Source: Octopus bimaculoides (lineage: Eukaryota). Taken from it: DNA of 64,000 nt. Positions 26,340-38,589 of the stretch are shown here, in pieces (the first letter of the stretch is position 1; each line of letters opens with the position of its first letter). The translations under genes and the position numbers were made by a program. Under the pieces are notes generated by a model, which searched no databases, had not been told where the DNA came from, and saw only the letters and a program-made list of their open reading frames with translations. The stretch covers positions 44,060,425-44,124,424 of the forward strand of contig NC_068983.1 of NCBI RefSeq assembly GCF_001194135.2. Reading direction: 5' to 3'.

Positions 26340-26950
26340 ATTGTAACAGGTCCACTATGTCCTGCATTGATGTTTATATCATCTGAGGAAATGCTCCAAA
26401 TAAGTAAATAAGAGTGAAAGGCAGATTGTTTGATTCCTGTGTGCAAGCAGCTACGCTGCGTGGTAGTGAAACATGGGCTGTGACCACCAAAGACATGCAT
26501 AGGCTTGAAAGAAATGAAGCCAGTATGCTTTGCTATATATGCTATGTCAGTGTGCATGTTCGAGTGTAAGCATCTTGAGAGAAAAGTTAGGCATAAGAGG
26601 CATCAGATGTGGTGTGTAAGAGAGACGACTGCACTGGTATGGTCATGTGATGCATATGGATGAGGGCAGCTGTGTAAAGAAGTGCCGGTCTTTAACTGAA
26701 GGGAACCTGTGGTAGAGGTAGACCCAGGAAGACATGGAATGAGGTGGTGAAGCATGATCTTCAAACTTAAAGCCTCACAGAGTCAATGACTAGTGACCGA
26801 GAGACATTTGGCGATGTGCTGTGCTTGAGAGGACCCATCAAGCCAAGTGCACCCGTGCTGGTGGCATGCAAAGAGCATCTTTTGAATGTTGGGCTTCATG
26901 GAGGTAAAGTTCCTTTCAAATGTTGGGCCTCATGGAGGCAATGACCGAGA
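26340..26950 (+). mobile_element. Degenerate RTE ORF2 C-terminal fragment
   Basis: GSETWAVT...HRLERNEASML...LREKLGIRGIRCGV...RLHWYGHVMHMDE motifs with stops and frameshifts. Confidence 0.8.
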
Positions 26951-28489
26951 CCTGTGTGGTTAAGAAGTTTCCTTCCCAAACACATGGTTTGGGGTTCAGT
27001 TCCACTGTGTGACTGTTTGGACAAGTGTTTTCTACTCTGGTCTGAGGACATCCAATGCCTTGTGAGTGAATTTGGTGGATGGAAAGTTGTATGTCGTATG
27101 TTTGTATAAGTTTGTGTGTCTCCTTTATCATCTGCTAATTTTCAACAAATTCACCTTTCACATCAGTTGTGACTTTTGTTTGCAGTCGTCTGTGAAAATA
27201 TGTGCAGACTAAAGGGGAATGTTCGATTGTTTGGAAACAGGTGAAGATTTGCAACAGGAAGAATGTCCAGCCATAGAAAATCTGCCTTAACGAATCCTGT
27301 CTAACCCATGCAAGCATGGAAAAGTGGGCATTAATAACAATGAGATGTCTTTTTTACATAAAGAAAGGGCATACTTACCTACTGGTACATAGCAGAATAA
27401 TTGACAAGGTCATTAGAACTTAAACAAGAGAGAGAGAGATCTAACTCAATATTGCTGTGTATTGTCTTGTTTTCTGTTGTTTCTGCCAACTTCATTTCTC
27501 TGCTTTGAAATATTGTAGTCCATGTTTTCATATTTCTGTTGAAATCCACTGCCTCAGTTACAGTTAATTTCGAAAATAATTAAGAATTTAGTAAAAATAA
27601 CTTTCATTATTAAACTGGTGTTTAGAACATAAATTGATGTGGAATTTTGAAAAAAGGTTTTAATTTAGATCACTTCAACTTCTTGTTGCCATATTTCTGT
27701 TGAAACCTGCTGCCTTTGTTTCAAATAATTTTCAAAATAATGGAGTGTTTATTGAATTAACTTTGTAAATTGTTTGATGTTTGGAATGTAAGTTAACTTA
27801 AAATTCTGATGAAAAACTTCAACCTCAGTCATTTTAAAAACTGGAAGTTTATATCATAAAGCCATAGTAGTCTCAAGTAGGTTGGTATGAAAAGGGTTAA
27901 ACAATAGCCCTTTATTCTTTCCATATCTCAAGAAAATATTAAAAAATGATATATCTTCTTCAGCATAGAAGCATCAGATAGTTTCTTTTTTGAAAGATTG
28001 AGGAAAACAATTTAAAACAATATTTCATATTTTCTGCAATTTTCAGTTTTATTTTTACTGTGAGAAGTATTGTACGAAGTATCACCACACCCTACTTAAA
28101 TAAAGTCACATTTGCAGTTCTTCTGTTCTCTTGGTGATGCCACAAATTATTCCTTTATCAATTCTGTTCTATTTTGACTTCACAGCAATTTTTATTTAAG
28201 CATTTGGTCCAACATCTGTTGTGTAGATTGTCTGTAAACGCAAGTTTTATATAAATATATGACACACAAGGGAATTATGACAACTATCTGAGTTTAGTTA
28301 TCAGTATGATGTTAGCTAGCTCTGGCTATGTTTCCTAACATAAGTAATAAAATGGAGGTGTGTGTGTGTGTGAGTACACAGTAAAATGAAGTACATATTG
28401 TGGTTTTAAAAAGAAGGACCTTAGATCAAAAATAAGATTGAGATTCTAAGTCAGGGACTTTGGGACCATAGAAATATTTCAGCTCTTAA

Positions 28490-28790
28490 GTAAAGGGTTT
28501 TAAGTTATCACAGGGCTTTTGATATCATACACAGGATTGAGGTTTTGAGTGTGGGCTTTTGAGACAGCTGATTGGATGTAAGTTTTAAGTGAAGGGCCTT
28601 GAGGCAACAGAGAGGATTGTGGTTGTGAATGAGAGGCTTTATGACTATAAAAAGAATCGAGGTTGTAAATGAGAGCCTTTGAGACAACTGAAATTATTGA
28701 GATTTTAAGAGAAGATTGAGGTTTCATGTGAGGGCTTTTGAGATAATAAAGAGGATTATTGATATTTTAAGTGAGATATTTTGAGGTCTG
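28490..28790. repeat. Degenerate ~40-bp minisatellite, G-rich/C-poor on +
   Basis: Recurring gagg/attttaagtgagggcttttgagaca-type units. Confidence 0.6.
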
Positions 28791-29134
28791 AGAGACTAAA
28801 CTTTATCTTTTTTTAATTTATTTCCAATCTAGTCTGCACTATATCTTCATTAACCTTCCAATTAATACATCACAGAGTTAGTTGTTAGATCATCTGAATG
28901 CAATGCCTTCCACACGCAACTCAAATCCCATCAAGATTAGCTTCATCTTTCATCTTTCCAGAGTCAATAATTAAATCCCCAGTGTTGGGCAGTGGACTGA
29001 GGAATCATTAGAGCATATCACTGCTCTGGCATCTCAACCTTCTTTCTGACTACTCCTCCCCTTATAGTGCAGGATAGTCATGTATCTCCTCTATAGCAAG
29101 ACTCCTGTGTTTGTCCCTCTATCATACACTAGAT

Positions 29135-29345
29135 CAGTGGTTCTCAACTCTTTTTTTGCCTATGGACCCCTTTCATTCCTATTCTACTCAAATGACCCCC
29201 ATAACCATTTGATGCTTAAAAAAAACTCCTATTATATTTTTTTAATTAAATATCATTAGGAATTGTATAAAAGAAGTATGACCAATTTATTGTACGTAGA
29301 CTTTAACAACAAAATCTTATGTGACCCCTGGGTTGAAAACCACTG
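29135..29345. mobile_element. hAT (Charlie-like) MITE
   Basis: TIRs CAGTGGTTCTCAAC / GTTGAAAACCACTG; TSD not preserved. Confidence 0.75.
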
Positions 29346-29913
29346 ATTGAATCTCAACACTTGACATTGCAAATGTAAACAAACACTCACTGATAGCCAT
29401 GGTTGTGTGGTTAAGAAGTTTGTTTCCCAACCATAAAGTTTTGGGTTCAGTCTCGCTCCATGACCCCAGAGCTGACTAAAGCCTTGTGAGCAAATTTGGT
29501 AGACGGAAACTCAATGAAAGCCAGTCATGTATGTATGTATGTATGTGTGTGTATTCCGTATTCCCGAGCGTCATACTAATACATCCTTTTGTTATTTACA
29601 CCACCTGTCCTCGTCTGTTGTTGTTTTTTCGTATATTCTCCCATATATATATATATATATATATTTGTGTGTGTGTGTTTGTGCCCCCCTCCCCCATTGC
29701 TTAACAACTGGTGCTGGTTTGTTTATGACATTGTGACATNNNNNNNNNNNNNNNNNNNNNNNNNNNNNNNNNNNNNNNNNNNNNNNNNNNNNNNNNNNNN
29801 NNNNNNNNNNNNNNNNNNNNNNNNNNNNNNNNNNNNNNNNNNNNNNNNNNNNNNNNNNNNNNNNNNNNNNNNNNNNNNNNNNNNNNNNNNNNNNNNNNNN
29901 NNNNNNNNNNNNN

Positions 29914-29944
<31 letters not shown>

Positions 29945-31097
29945 TGCATGCCAGCATGGAAGGTGGACGTTAAACGACGATGATTATACACACACACACG
30001 CATACATATATACATGCAGTGGGCCTCTTTCAGTTTGATCATCATCATCATCATCATTAAGCATCTGTCTTCCATAAATCCACTCACAAGGCCTTGATTG
30101 GCCTGTGGCTGTAGTAAAAGACACTTGCTCAAGGTGCTGTATAATGGAACTGAACCTGAAGCTACATGGCTGGGAAGCAAACTTGACCATACAGCCATGG
30201 CTGGTTTTGAGATTGTAGTTGTGGCTGATGCCAGTGTCATGTAACTGGTCCATTAAAAGCACCCTCCAAACGTTGGGCGATATGTTGTACTTGTGAAGAC
30301 CTGACAAGCTGAGTGAAATCATAGTCATGACTGATGCCAGTGCCGTCTGATTGACACCTGTGTTGGTGGCACTTAAAAAGTACCATTTGCATGCTGGGCC
30401 TCATGGAAGCAGTGACAGGTGACCAAGGACTTTGGCAATATATCATGCTTGTGTAGCCCTTCAAGCCAAGTGAGACCATAGTCATGGTCGATGCTGGTGT
30501 CAAGTCAATGGCACCTGTGCCAGTGGCACGTAAAAACTCTATAACACTCTCAGAATGGTTGGCGTTAGAAAGGGCATCTAGTTGTAGAAACCTTGCCAGA
30601 TCAAATCAAAGCAGCTCCCTGGAATACCAGTTTTCAGTCAAACCGTCCAACCCATGCCAACATGGAAAGCAGATGCTAAACAGATATGATATGTATAAAA
30701 CTGTTGTTGAGGTATAAGAACTAAATACATTCTCCTTTAGAATACATTTTAACTCTTTAGCATTCAGTTTACTCTCTCAATTGTAATACTTATATTGTTT
30801 TGAATTAATCATGAATTATTGTGTAGCATCAAGGTTTTGATGATTTGTTTATTTTGTGCCATGCAAAAAGTACTGGTAATGGTGCCACATAAAGAGACCC
30901 CAGTACACTCTGTAAAGTGATTGGCATTAGGAAGGGCATCCAGCTGTACAAAGCATGCCGAAACAGGCTATGAAACCTGGTGGGGCTCCTGTCAAACCAT
31001 CCAACCCATACCACCATAATGGGATTGGAGAACATAACATAGGTTTGCTATTTGAGCTGGAAGGGTTAGTTGAAATGTTAAAGGATTAAGGTAAACA

Positions 31098-31480
31098 GGC
31101 GTAGGAGTGGCTATGTGGTAAGTAGCTTGCTTATGAACCACATGGTTCCGGGTTCAGTCCCACTGCGTGGCACCTTGGGCAAGTGTCTTCCACTGTAGCC
31201 TCGGGCCGACCAAAGCCTTGTGAGTGGATTTGGTAGACGGAAACTGAAAGAAGCCCGTCGTATATATGTGTGTGTGTGTGTGTGTGTTTGTCTCCCCACC
31301 ATCGCTTGACAACCGACGCTGGTGTGATTACGTCCCCGTAACTTAGCGGTTCAGCATAAAGAGGCCAATAGAATAAGTACTAGGCTTACAAAGAATAAGT
31401 CCTGGGGTCGATTTGCTTGAATAAAGGCGGTGCTCCTGCATGGCCACAGTCAAATGACTGAAACAAGTAAAAGAGTAAAA
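31098..31480 (+). mobile_element. tRNA-derived composite SINE (octopus OR/OK-type, CORE-like body); best copy of ~17 (e.g. 1850-2226 -, 12476-12840 +, 19250-19610 -, 29395-29740 +, 34050-34385 -, 42465-42620 +, 46180-46350 +)
   Basis: Box A-like TGGCTATGTGG, box B-like GGTTCAGTCCC, CORE-like accttgggcaagtg, an internal TA/TG microsatellite, and a second module ending gactgaaacaagtaaaagag. Confidence 0.8.
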
Positions 31481-32082
31481 CAGTGATTGCAGTGGTTCAT
31501 CAAGAGAAAGTTGTTTCGTATTCACCACACGCAAACACACAGAGCAAACAAGGTAACAATCTCTTTTGACCTCATTTTGTTAGTTTTAAGGGGTTAACAG
31601 TATTTGTGGAGTGCCCAACCTGGATTGTCATCATAATCTGTAAAATACACAACCTGTGTAAGCAAAGTTAATTGCTATAAATGTCCGACTTCATCCCGAC
31701 TTACTCTCATTGGTACCAGGTCGAGAATTTGGAATTACCAAACTGTTTTTAGAATAAATAATTAAACAAATGACTTGTGCACACATAAACACCTTTTTAC
31801 ACTTTAAATAAACATTCAGCCTCTTGTTGGGTTTGCTTTCTTGCTACAGTCCATGGTGTTTTGTATATATTTTTTTGTACATAATGCTGAATGTTATTTT
31901 GTTTTACTTACTGAATGAATATGTGTGCTTGCATGCATCTGTGAGTGCCTGTATGGGTGTGTATGTTGAGTTTAGAAACAGACGGAAAAGTACTCAATAT
32001 AAAAGTAAAGTATAGCTATTGTGGTGATTATATTGTTCTGTGTTAATCCTGATTATGTTCCCCCACTTGCTGTCTCTCTCAC

Positions 32083-32118
<36 letters not shown>

Positions 32119-32480
32119 CATACACACATGATGATAGCTTAACTGGTTGAAACTTTGAAGTCACTGTCAATAATATTCTTTGGTTAAGAATAAATTTCTA
32201 CTCTACGAAAGTATAGGACAACCCCTCAGATTAATGTGAAATTGTTTTTATAACTAAGCATAAAGACAAACATTCACACACACACAAATATTTATAGATA
32301 CATAGAAACACACCAGTCACACCAATGGTGGTATTCCAGCATGGTCCACACTCTTTTACTGAAACAAGTAAAAGTAGTACACATACACACACATGTTAAA
32401 CTGCAAGCTATGGTGAGATGCTGTGCTGGAGGACACATCCTTGCAGTCAATGCGGGCAGAGAAAAACAGATGTGAAAATG

Positions 32481-32525
<45 letters not shown>

Positions 32526-32889
32526 GGATCTTTCTACTTCTTTGAGTCATTACATTGCGGACATGCTGGGGCACCACCTTGTCATTTTAGTCAAGTGAAT
32601 CGTCCCCAATAATAATTTTTTTTTTTAAGCCTGCTACTTATTCTATCATTCTGTTTTGCTGAACTGCTCAGTTACTGCAACACTGCTTGTTAAAGAGTAG
32701 TGGGGAATAAACACTGACAATAATGTGTGTGTGTGTATAGAACTACGTATAATATTTATATACAAACTAGAAGGCTTTGTAAGTTAGAGAGATAAAGCAA
32801 CCATGGAAGTCTATTGTTTATATATAAATGTTGCTTTAAATTGGAGTCTATATATTATTATATAGTTATTATTGTATTATATATATATA

Positions 32890-33033
32890 TATAGTTGAAT
32901 TTACAGGTAGAAGATAGATGTATAAACAACAAGCAGGTGTATTAGTTTGATGCTCGAGAAGATGAGAAAGTCTTTTAGGTTTCGAGCCTATGCTCTTCAA
33001 CAGAAAGGAACACAAGGAAATAAACAGAGAGAA

Positions 33034-33040
<7 letters not shown>
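32890..33040 (-). mobile_element. Probable Penelope-like element pseudo-LTR fragment (second copy ~61812-61990)
   Basis: Two dispersed homologous copies, each abutting (TA)n; contain the tttcgagc...gctcttc motif I associate with PLE repeats. Confidence 0.4.
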
Positions 33041-33097
<57 letters not shown>

Positions 33098-33099
<2 letters not shown>

Positions 33100-33126
33100 C
33101 AATTTCCATTTTTGATTTCGATTTGA

Positions 33127-33167
<41 letters not shown>

Positions 33168-33217
33168 AAATCAAAATCACAATCTCAATCAAATCGAAAT
33201 CAAAAATGGAAATTGTA
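33098..33217. repeat. Perfect 30-bp inverted repeat around a (TA)n-containing spacer
   Basis: 33098-33127 is the exact reverse complement of 33188-33217. Confidence 0.95.
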
Positions 33218-35977
33218 GTTGTGGCAATAAGCACCGTTCATGCGTGAGTTGTTGCCAGTGCTGCCTGACTGACTCCCTGTGTTTTGATAAATTGAATTTG
33301 AATGAAATTAAAAGTGACTGGACAAATGCTTTTATGGTCTCTAAAACTCCAAAAACATCAAGGATATTTTTCAGTACCAAACATGAAAGGAAATGGGCTT
33401 GTCCCATTCAGCTTGCAGAGGTGCCTTAGTGTGAAGGGAGTGGATAGGATTTGTTTAAGCCAAGTGAATAATAGTTTAGCTGAACTGTAACATTTTTCCA
33501 TTTTGTGCAGTGAGGGGAAAAACATTTTGCTGGGTTAAGGTAGACGTGAATGGGAGGGTGGCTAGGTAATTGGTAGGGAGTCAGCGATGCCTGCCGAAGG
33601 GAGTTGGTAGTTATTTAGTGTGGATGAATGTGTTTAAAGGAATGTAAAGTAGGGGCTATTGAGATGCGGAAGACATGTGTGTAACTTGAGGATGGTAGCT
33701 GTTGTGATTGCTACACATTCAACAGCTGGAATAATTCAATGTGCTGAATAATGTTACAGCTGCTCGTTGTTGTTTTAGAGATTTGTTTCCCTCTATTATA
33801 AAATAATTTTACTCTTACTACGGTTTAATTGCTATTAATTGCAATGATAAAAGAAAAAAATATCTTTAAAGAAAACCTGATACTGTATTGGTGTGTCTGT
33901 GCATAAAGACCCTATTGTGTCCAACAGATTTGTCAGTGTTAGCATAGAAAGCTGAACAAGAACCACCTGTTAGCGAGGAGAATGAGCTGTGGGTCTGAAG
34001 AAAGGCCCCAGTACGGTTGCTTCATTTGTTTATCTTCTATTCTTTTATGTTTCAGTCATTAGACTGAGGCCATGCTGACTCAGTGCTTTGAAAAAGTTTT
34101 AGTCAAACAAATCGACCCTAGAACTTATTTGTTTTTTAAAGCCTGGTACTTACTCTATTGATCTTTTTTGCCCAACTGCTAAGTTATGGAGATGTAAACA
34201 TACCAACACTGGTTGTCAAGCAGTGATGAATGACAAACACAAAGTTACACACACAAATATACAGGATGGGCTTCTTTGAGTTTCTGCCTACCAAATCCAT
34301 TTCCAAGGTTTTGGTTGGCCCAAGGCTGTAGTAGAAGACACTTGCTCAAGTTACCACACTATCGAACTGAACCCAGAACTGGTTATTTATCTTGTGTAGA
34401 GTGGGAAACTCTCAACAGATTAAGATCACTAAATAGGAATAGATGGATCAGGAGTCGAGCTTGGGGCTATTGAGGAGCATAATACAGAAGCAAGATGAGA
34501 TGTTGACCCATTACAAACCTTTCTAACCCATGTCTATGATGGCACCTCTGTGATCATTTGATTGTGTTAGAAAGGAGTGGTAGTGCTAAATTGCCTTCAA
34601 ACATTATTGTTTAGAAAAGAAGGGCACATTGGATAATGGAGTCTTAGATACACTGTGTCTGGGAAAAAATGAAATGGGAAGGTCATTCATGGAATATAAT
34701 TGATTACAGCATGATCAAAAATGACCTGGGGCTAAATAATCTATACAACATATCTTAGCAAACAACACTAGTAATGATGATGATCAAAGACGGTCCAGCC
34801 ATGACCATGCCATCAATTTTAAAGCTAGAACATTTAAAACTCCATTTATGTAATGTGTTGGCCATCCAAAATAGAACATCATCATCGTCTGTTTTCCATG
34901 CTGACATGGTGATGGCGATGATGGTGAGTCTAGGGGTGATGGAGGAAGGGTTAAAGTTGTGAAATTATATAATAATCAACAGAGTTTATATAATTACATG
35001 CATAATTTAAAGGGGAACTGACATGTGACTTCTGTAAGGCAACATCAACAAATGTAATTAGCTCACTCCGTTTTAAAAAGAAATATAATTTAACACTTTT
35101 ATTATTTGAAATACTTGCTTCTAATAGGGGCCACATTGTCTCCTTCTTTTCAAGCTTTAAGCTAAATTGGGGACAGAAAATAAAAGACGAACAAAAGACG
35201 GCTAAGTTTTTTTGACTAAAACTGATAATTTCTGATAATAAATAGTTTCTAATTGGTTGTCTGCTTTTTGTGGACATTTTGAGTGGTGAGAGAGAGAGGT
35301 TGATACCTCTTGTGTTCAGTGTTAAATCTTTGTTCTAGGAGGGGCAGTTGTTCTGTCATGTGTATGTGTGTGTGGTGTATTGTTCGCTAATATCTGATAA
35401 CAGGTGCAAGCAAGACTGTTGTGGTTAAGAAACTTGCTTCCTAACCATGTAGTCTTGGGTTCAGTCTCACTGAGTGGAATCTTGGGCAAGTGTTTTCTAC
35501 TTTCTATTCTAGGGTTGATCAAAACCTTGTGAGTGGATTTTGTAGTTGGAAACTGGAAGATGCCTGTAGGTGTGATCATCAGCTTGATGGGTCTTCTTCT
35601 CAAGCACAACACAGTGCCAAATGTATCATTGTTTCAATTCCATTAATATAAACTGAATCTGTTAAATTGCAGGTGCTTTTAAATGCGATGTATATCTGAG
35701 GGGTGCTGTTTGGGTTGTGTAGACGGTTAGGCAAATTAAAGAGCTGGGTTTAATAAATATCTAGTTTGTTTAATTGTAAGTAGTCCATTGCACAACATAA
35801 AAACATTACTTGATTTTTTTTTTCTTTTTTATTTTTCAGATGTTGATTTAGCAGAGCAGTTTGCTAGTTAACCTGTCACCTTCTTATATATACTATACAA
35901 TGTATGTATAAACGGAGTTACCTTTATTCCAAGCAATACATGACTACAAAAAAAATCACTGTATCTATGGTACAGAC

Positions 35978-37435
35978 ATTATTATTATTCTCATTATTTT
36001 CTGATTGATTTGCATTTTTATTCTCCAACTGGGTCTCAACTAGAGACCTCAGGCACATGTACATTAGATGGAGATAAACTTCCTATGTTGAATTCCTTGG
36101 AATCTGGTTAAAAAAATTTGTCAGTATCCTTTTAGATCATTCCCAAGGCACCTGCAACAAAGGGGACAGTTTTGGTTTTTAATCACCACATCCTAAATAT
36201 CTCAGTCTCGTGCATGTATTGACCAACTTGATCATGCTTGGTTTTATATTCTGTAAGGGCAAGAACTGAGCAACTGGCAACAATGTGGTCAATGCTCTCA
36301 AGTTTGTCAGTGCAGAATCTACACTTTGTGTCTACCCCATTATGAGTGACATTAGCTTAACAGTTCCGGGTAGGGAGACTGGTCTTGTGCCACTTGGATA
36401 AGTCCTATTTCGGCTTTCAAACCAGTGCTCTGCAGCCACTGATGGAGATGCCAAACAGGAAAGCTTGTAGGAAATGGTAAGATTCTGGCAAGACAAGCCA
36501 TTCTATGAGCAATACCCCAAATGAGTTGGGGAATGATGAGGACGATGATTTCTCAGCTCATTTAGGGCATTGCTCATGTAATGGTTTTTCTTGCCACAGT
36601 CTAGTTTTTGTCTTGCTTTTTTTGTTGTCTTAGTGGGTTGTGTGACCTCATCATCATCATCATCATCATCATAATCAAGGAAGTTACACTCTTGTCTGTA
36701 TTTATATGCTTCCTTGGACATCTGATTTTGGGTGGTGCATCCTGTTTAGTGTCAGTAGCTTCCTGGTCTTTCTGTCCAAATTCTGAGTTTCATTCATATT
36801 CCGATTCATGACATTAAGGCTATACTGGACAACTGCTACCACCAGGAAGTTTATTGTTGCAATTCTATTCTTGGAATTCAACTCAGTATTCAGGACCATT
36901 CTGATATGTCTATAATATTCTTTCCTGATCTCTCGCATTGACCTTGTTGAATCCCTTTCCCTTCATTTACCTCCAAGATACTTATAGAAGCTTCCTCGAT
37001 CCATTATGAAGTTAGGTAACAGTATTATTAGCTATCAGGTTACCGCATTTGAATGTAACTTTTGCACACTTGTCAAGGCCAAATTTCATATTGATGTCAT
37101 TAATGAATTTTTTCAGTTAACAGTAGCCCTTTCAGCACCTTGTCATCTCTTGCATAGAATTTCAGATCATCAGTGTAGAGTAAGTGTAAGATGATCTTGT
37201 CAAACATTTCGTACCTGTCATTTGTTCCATTCATTTTGTGGGACAAGGGAATGAAGACAAGCAAAGAGAGTGGCTATTCCACAATCTATTTTGATTTTCT
37301 CTGACCCATGCAAGATTTTCTCATGGTTCGGAAACAATTGTGTGGCACAGTTCCTTACTGTGTTGTAGAAAACTTTTTATGAAAAGCGAGATCTCGTATT
37401 TATTTGGTGCCTTTAAGATCCAGCTATGTGGGACA
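35978..37435 (-). mobile_element. R4/Dong-type non-LTR retrotransposon (RT + restriction-like endonuclease) remnant with (AAT)n tail
   Basis: The minus strand gives DSVPHSWILK, HLLYTDDLKFY, MKFGLDKCA, KEYYRHIRMVLNTELNSKNRI, DRKTRKLLTLNRMHHPKSDV, ESIDHIVASC and KTVPFVAGALGMI, then an AAT-repeat tail. Confidence 0.8.
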
Positions 37436-37438
37436 CTG

Positions 37439-37930
37439 TTTTGAGCGAGGATGCATCCATGACGTCCTGTTTCGGATAGGTGAGGGATTCCTCACCTATC
37501 AGTGCAGTTTTCATCAAACCAGTCTTTGTGTTTCCTGGAGATTGGCCCAAGGCACTCCATAGCTGTGTTGTACACGATCTCGCGGATTGCTTCCCATGCT
37601 GCTTCCACGTCTTGACTGCCTATCGCAATAGGTTCAAGGTGTTCTGCCAGAGTTTCAGAGAAAGATTTCTGGACAGTTTCTGTTTTCAGCTTGTTGACAT
37701 TCGGTCGTTTTGGTGTTTTCTTTCCTTGGGGTCTTCTCTTTGGTTGGATATGCAGATTGAGCTTAGCAACTATGAGGCAGTGGTCTGTCCAGCACTCAGC
37801 TCCACACATGGCCCTAGTGATACATATGTCCCGCCTGTCCCTTTTCCTGATGATGACATAGTCAATTAGATGCCAGTGTTTTGAGCGATGATGCATCCAT
37901 GACGTCCTGTTTCGGATAAGGAGGCGAAAC
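37439..37930 (-). mobile_element. RTE (BovB-like) ORF2 endonuclease C-terminus/linker fragment
   Basis: FRLLIRNRTSWMHHRSKHWHLIDYVIIRKRDRRDICITRAMCGAECWTDHCLIVAKL...RKHKDWFDEN, the APE-domain end (TDH motif) typical of RTE-BovB-like elements. Confidence 0.85.
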
Positions 37931-38393
37931 ACTTGGTCGGCAATGTTGACCGATATCTCCTCGATATGGTGCTGTACAGTGTTGTTAGAGACAGAAACAC
38001 TCTCCAACTTTGCCACCACCTCCTCTTCAATCATATGCCTAACCAAGATCTTTGCCGCTGGCATGACGAGAGACTCTGCAATGGTATGCGCCTTCATGTT
38101 TTTGGCCACCAGGAGAGCAACTTCATAGGATGGTTTCACAATTCCTGCCCTCTTCTGGTAGATCTGGCCACTGATCACTACACTGAGCGAATAAAAGGTA
38201 ACCAATGGTATGCCAGTAATCGAAAAGTACTGATTACTGGTTGGTTGAGTTGGAAAGCATTAATCACATGTTGGCCGAATATTGGAAACGGCACAAACTA
38301 AAAATTGCATATTACCCTGAAAGTGCTCGCGTACCACTTGGAAAGCCCTTATGTACCACTAGTGGTACGTGTACCACAGGCTGGGAATCACTG
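37931..38393 (-). mobile_element. hAT (Charlie/Buster; ZBED5/SCAND3-like) transposon 5' end with transposase fragment
   Basis: Terminus CAGTGATTCCCAG at 38393; subterminal GTACCAC/GTGGTAC palindromic repeats; SYEVALLVAKNMKAHTIAESLVMPAAKILVRHMI...VSNNTVQHHIEEIS is typical Buster transposase. Confidence 0.8.
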
Positions 38394-38589
38394 TTTTAGG
38401 GAGTAGGTATGTTATTCCCAATGTGAACCAGTTTGGAGTCTTTTGCAGGGTTTCTGATGATATTAGAGAAACCTTCCTTTAATTGGCAGTGTGATGATGA
38501 TAAGAGATTATCAAGCCAGAAGATTGAGATTTTATCATGTCCAGGAGACTTCTACTTATGAGCTTTAGATAGAGCTTGAGTTCATGTAT

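Noticed and set aside
31098-31170. tRNA gene
   Set aside because: Only box A/B-like remnants; no cloverleaf; it is the head of a multicopy SINE.
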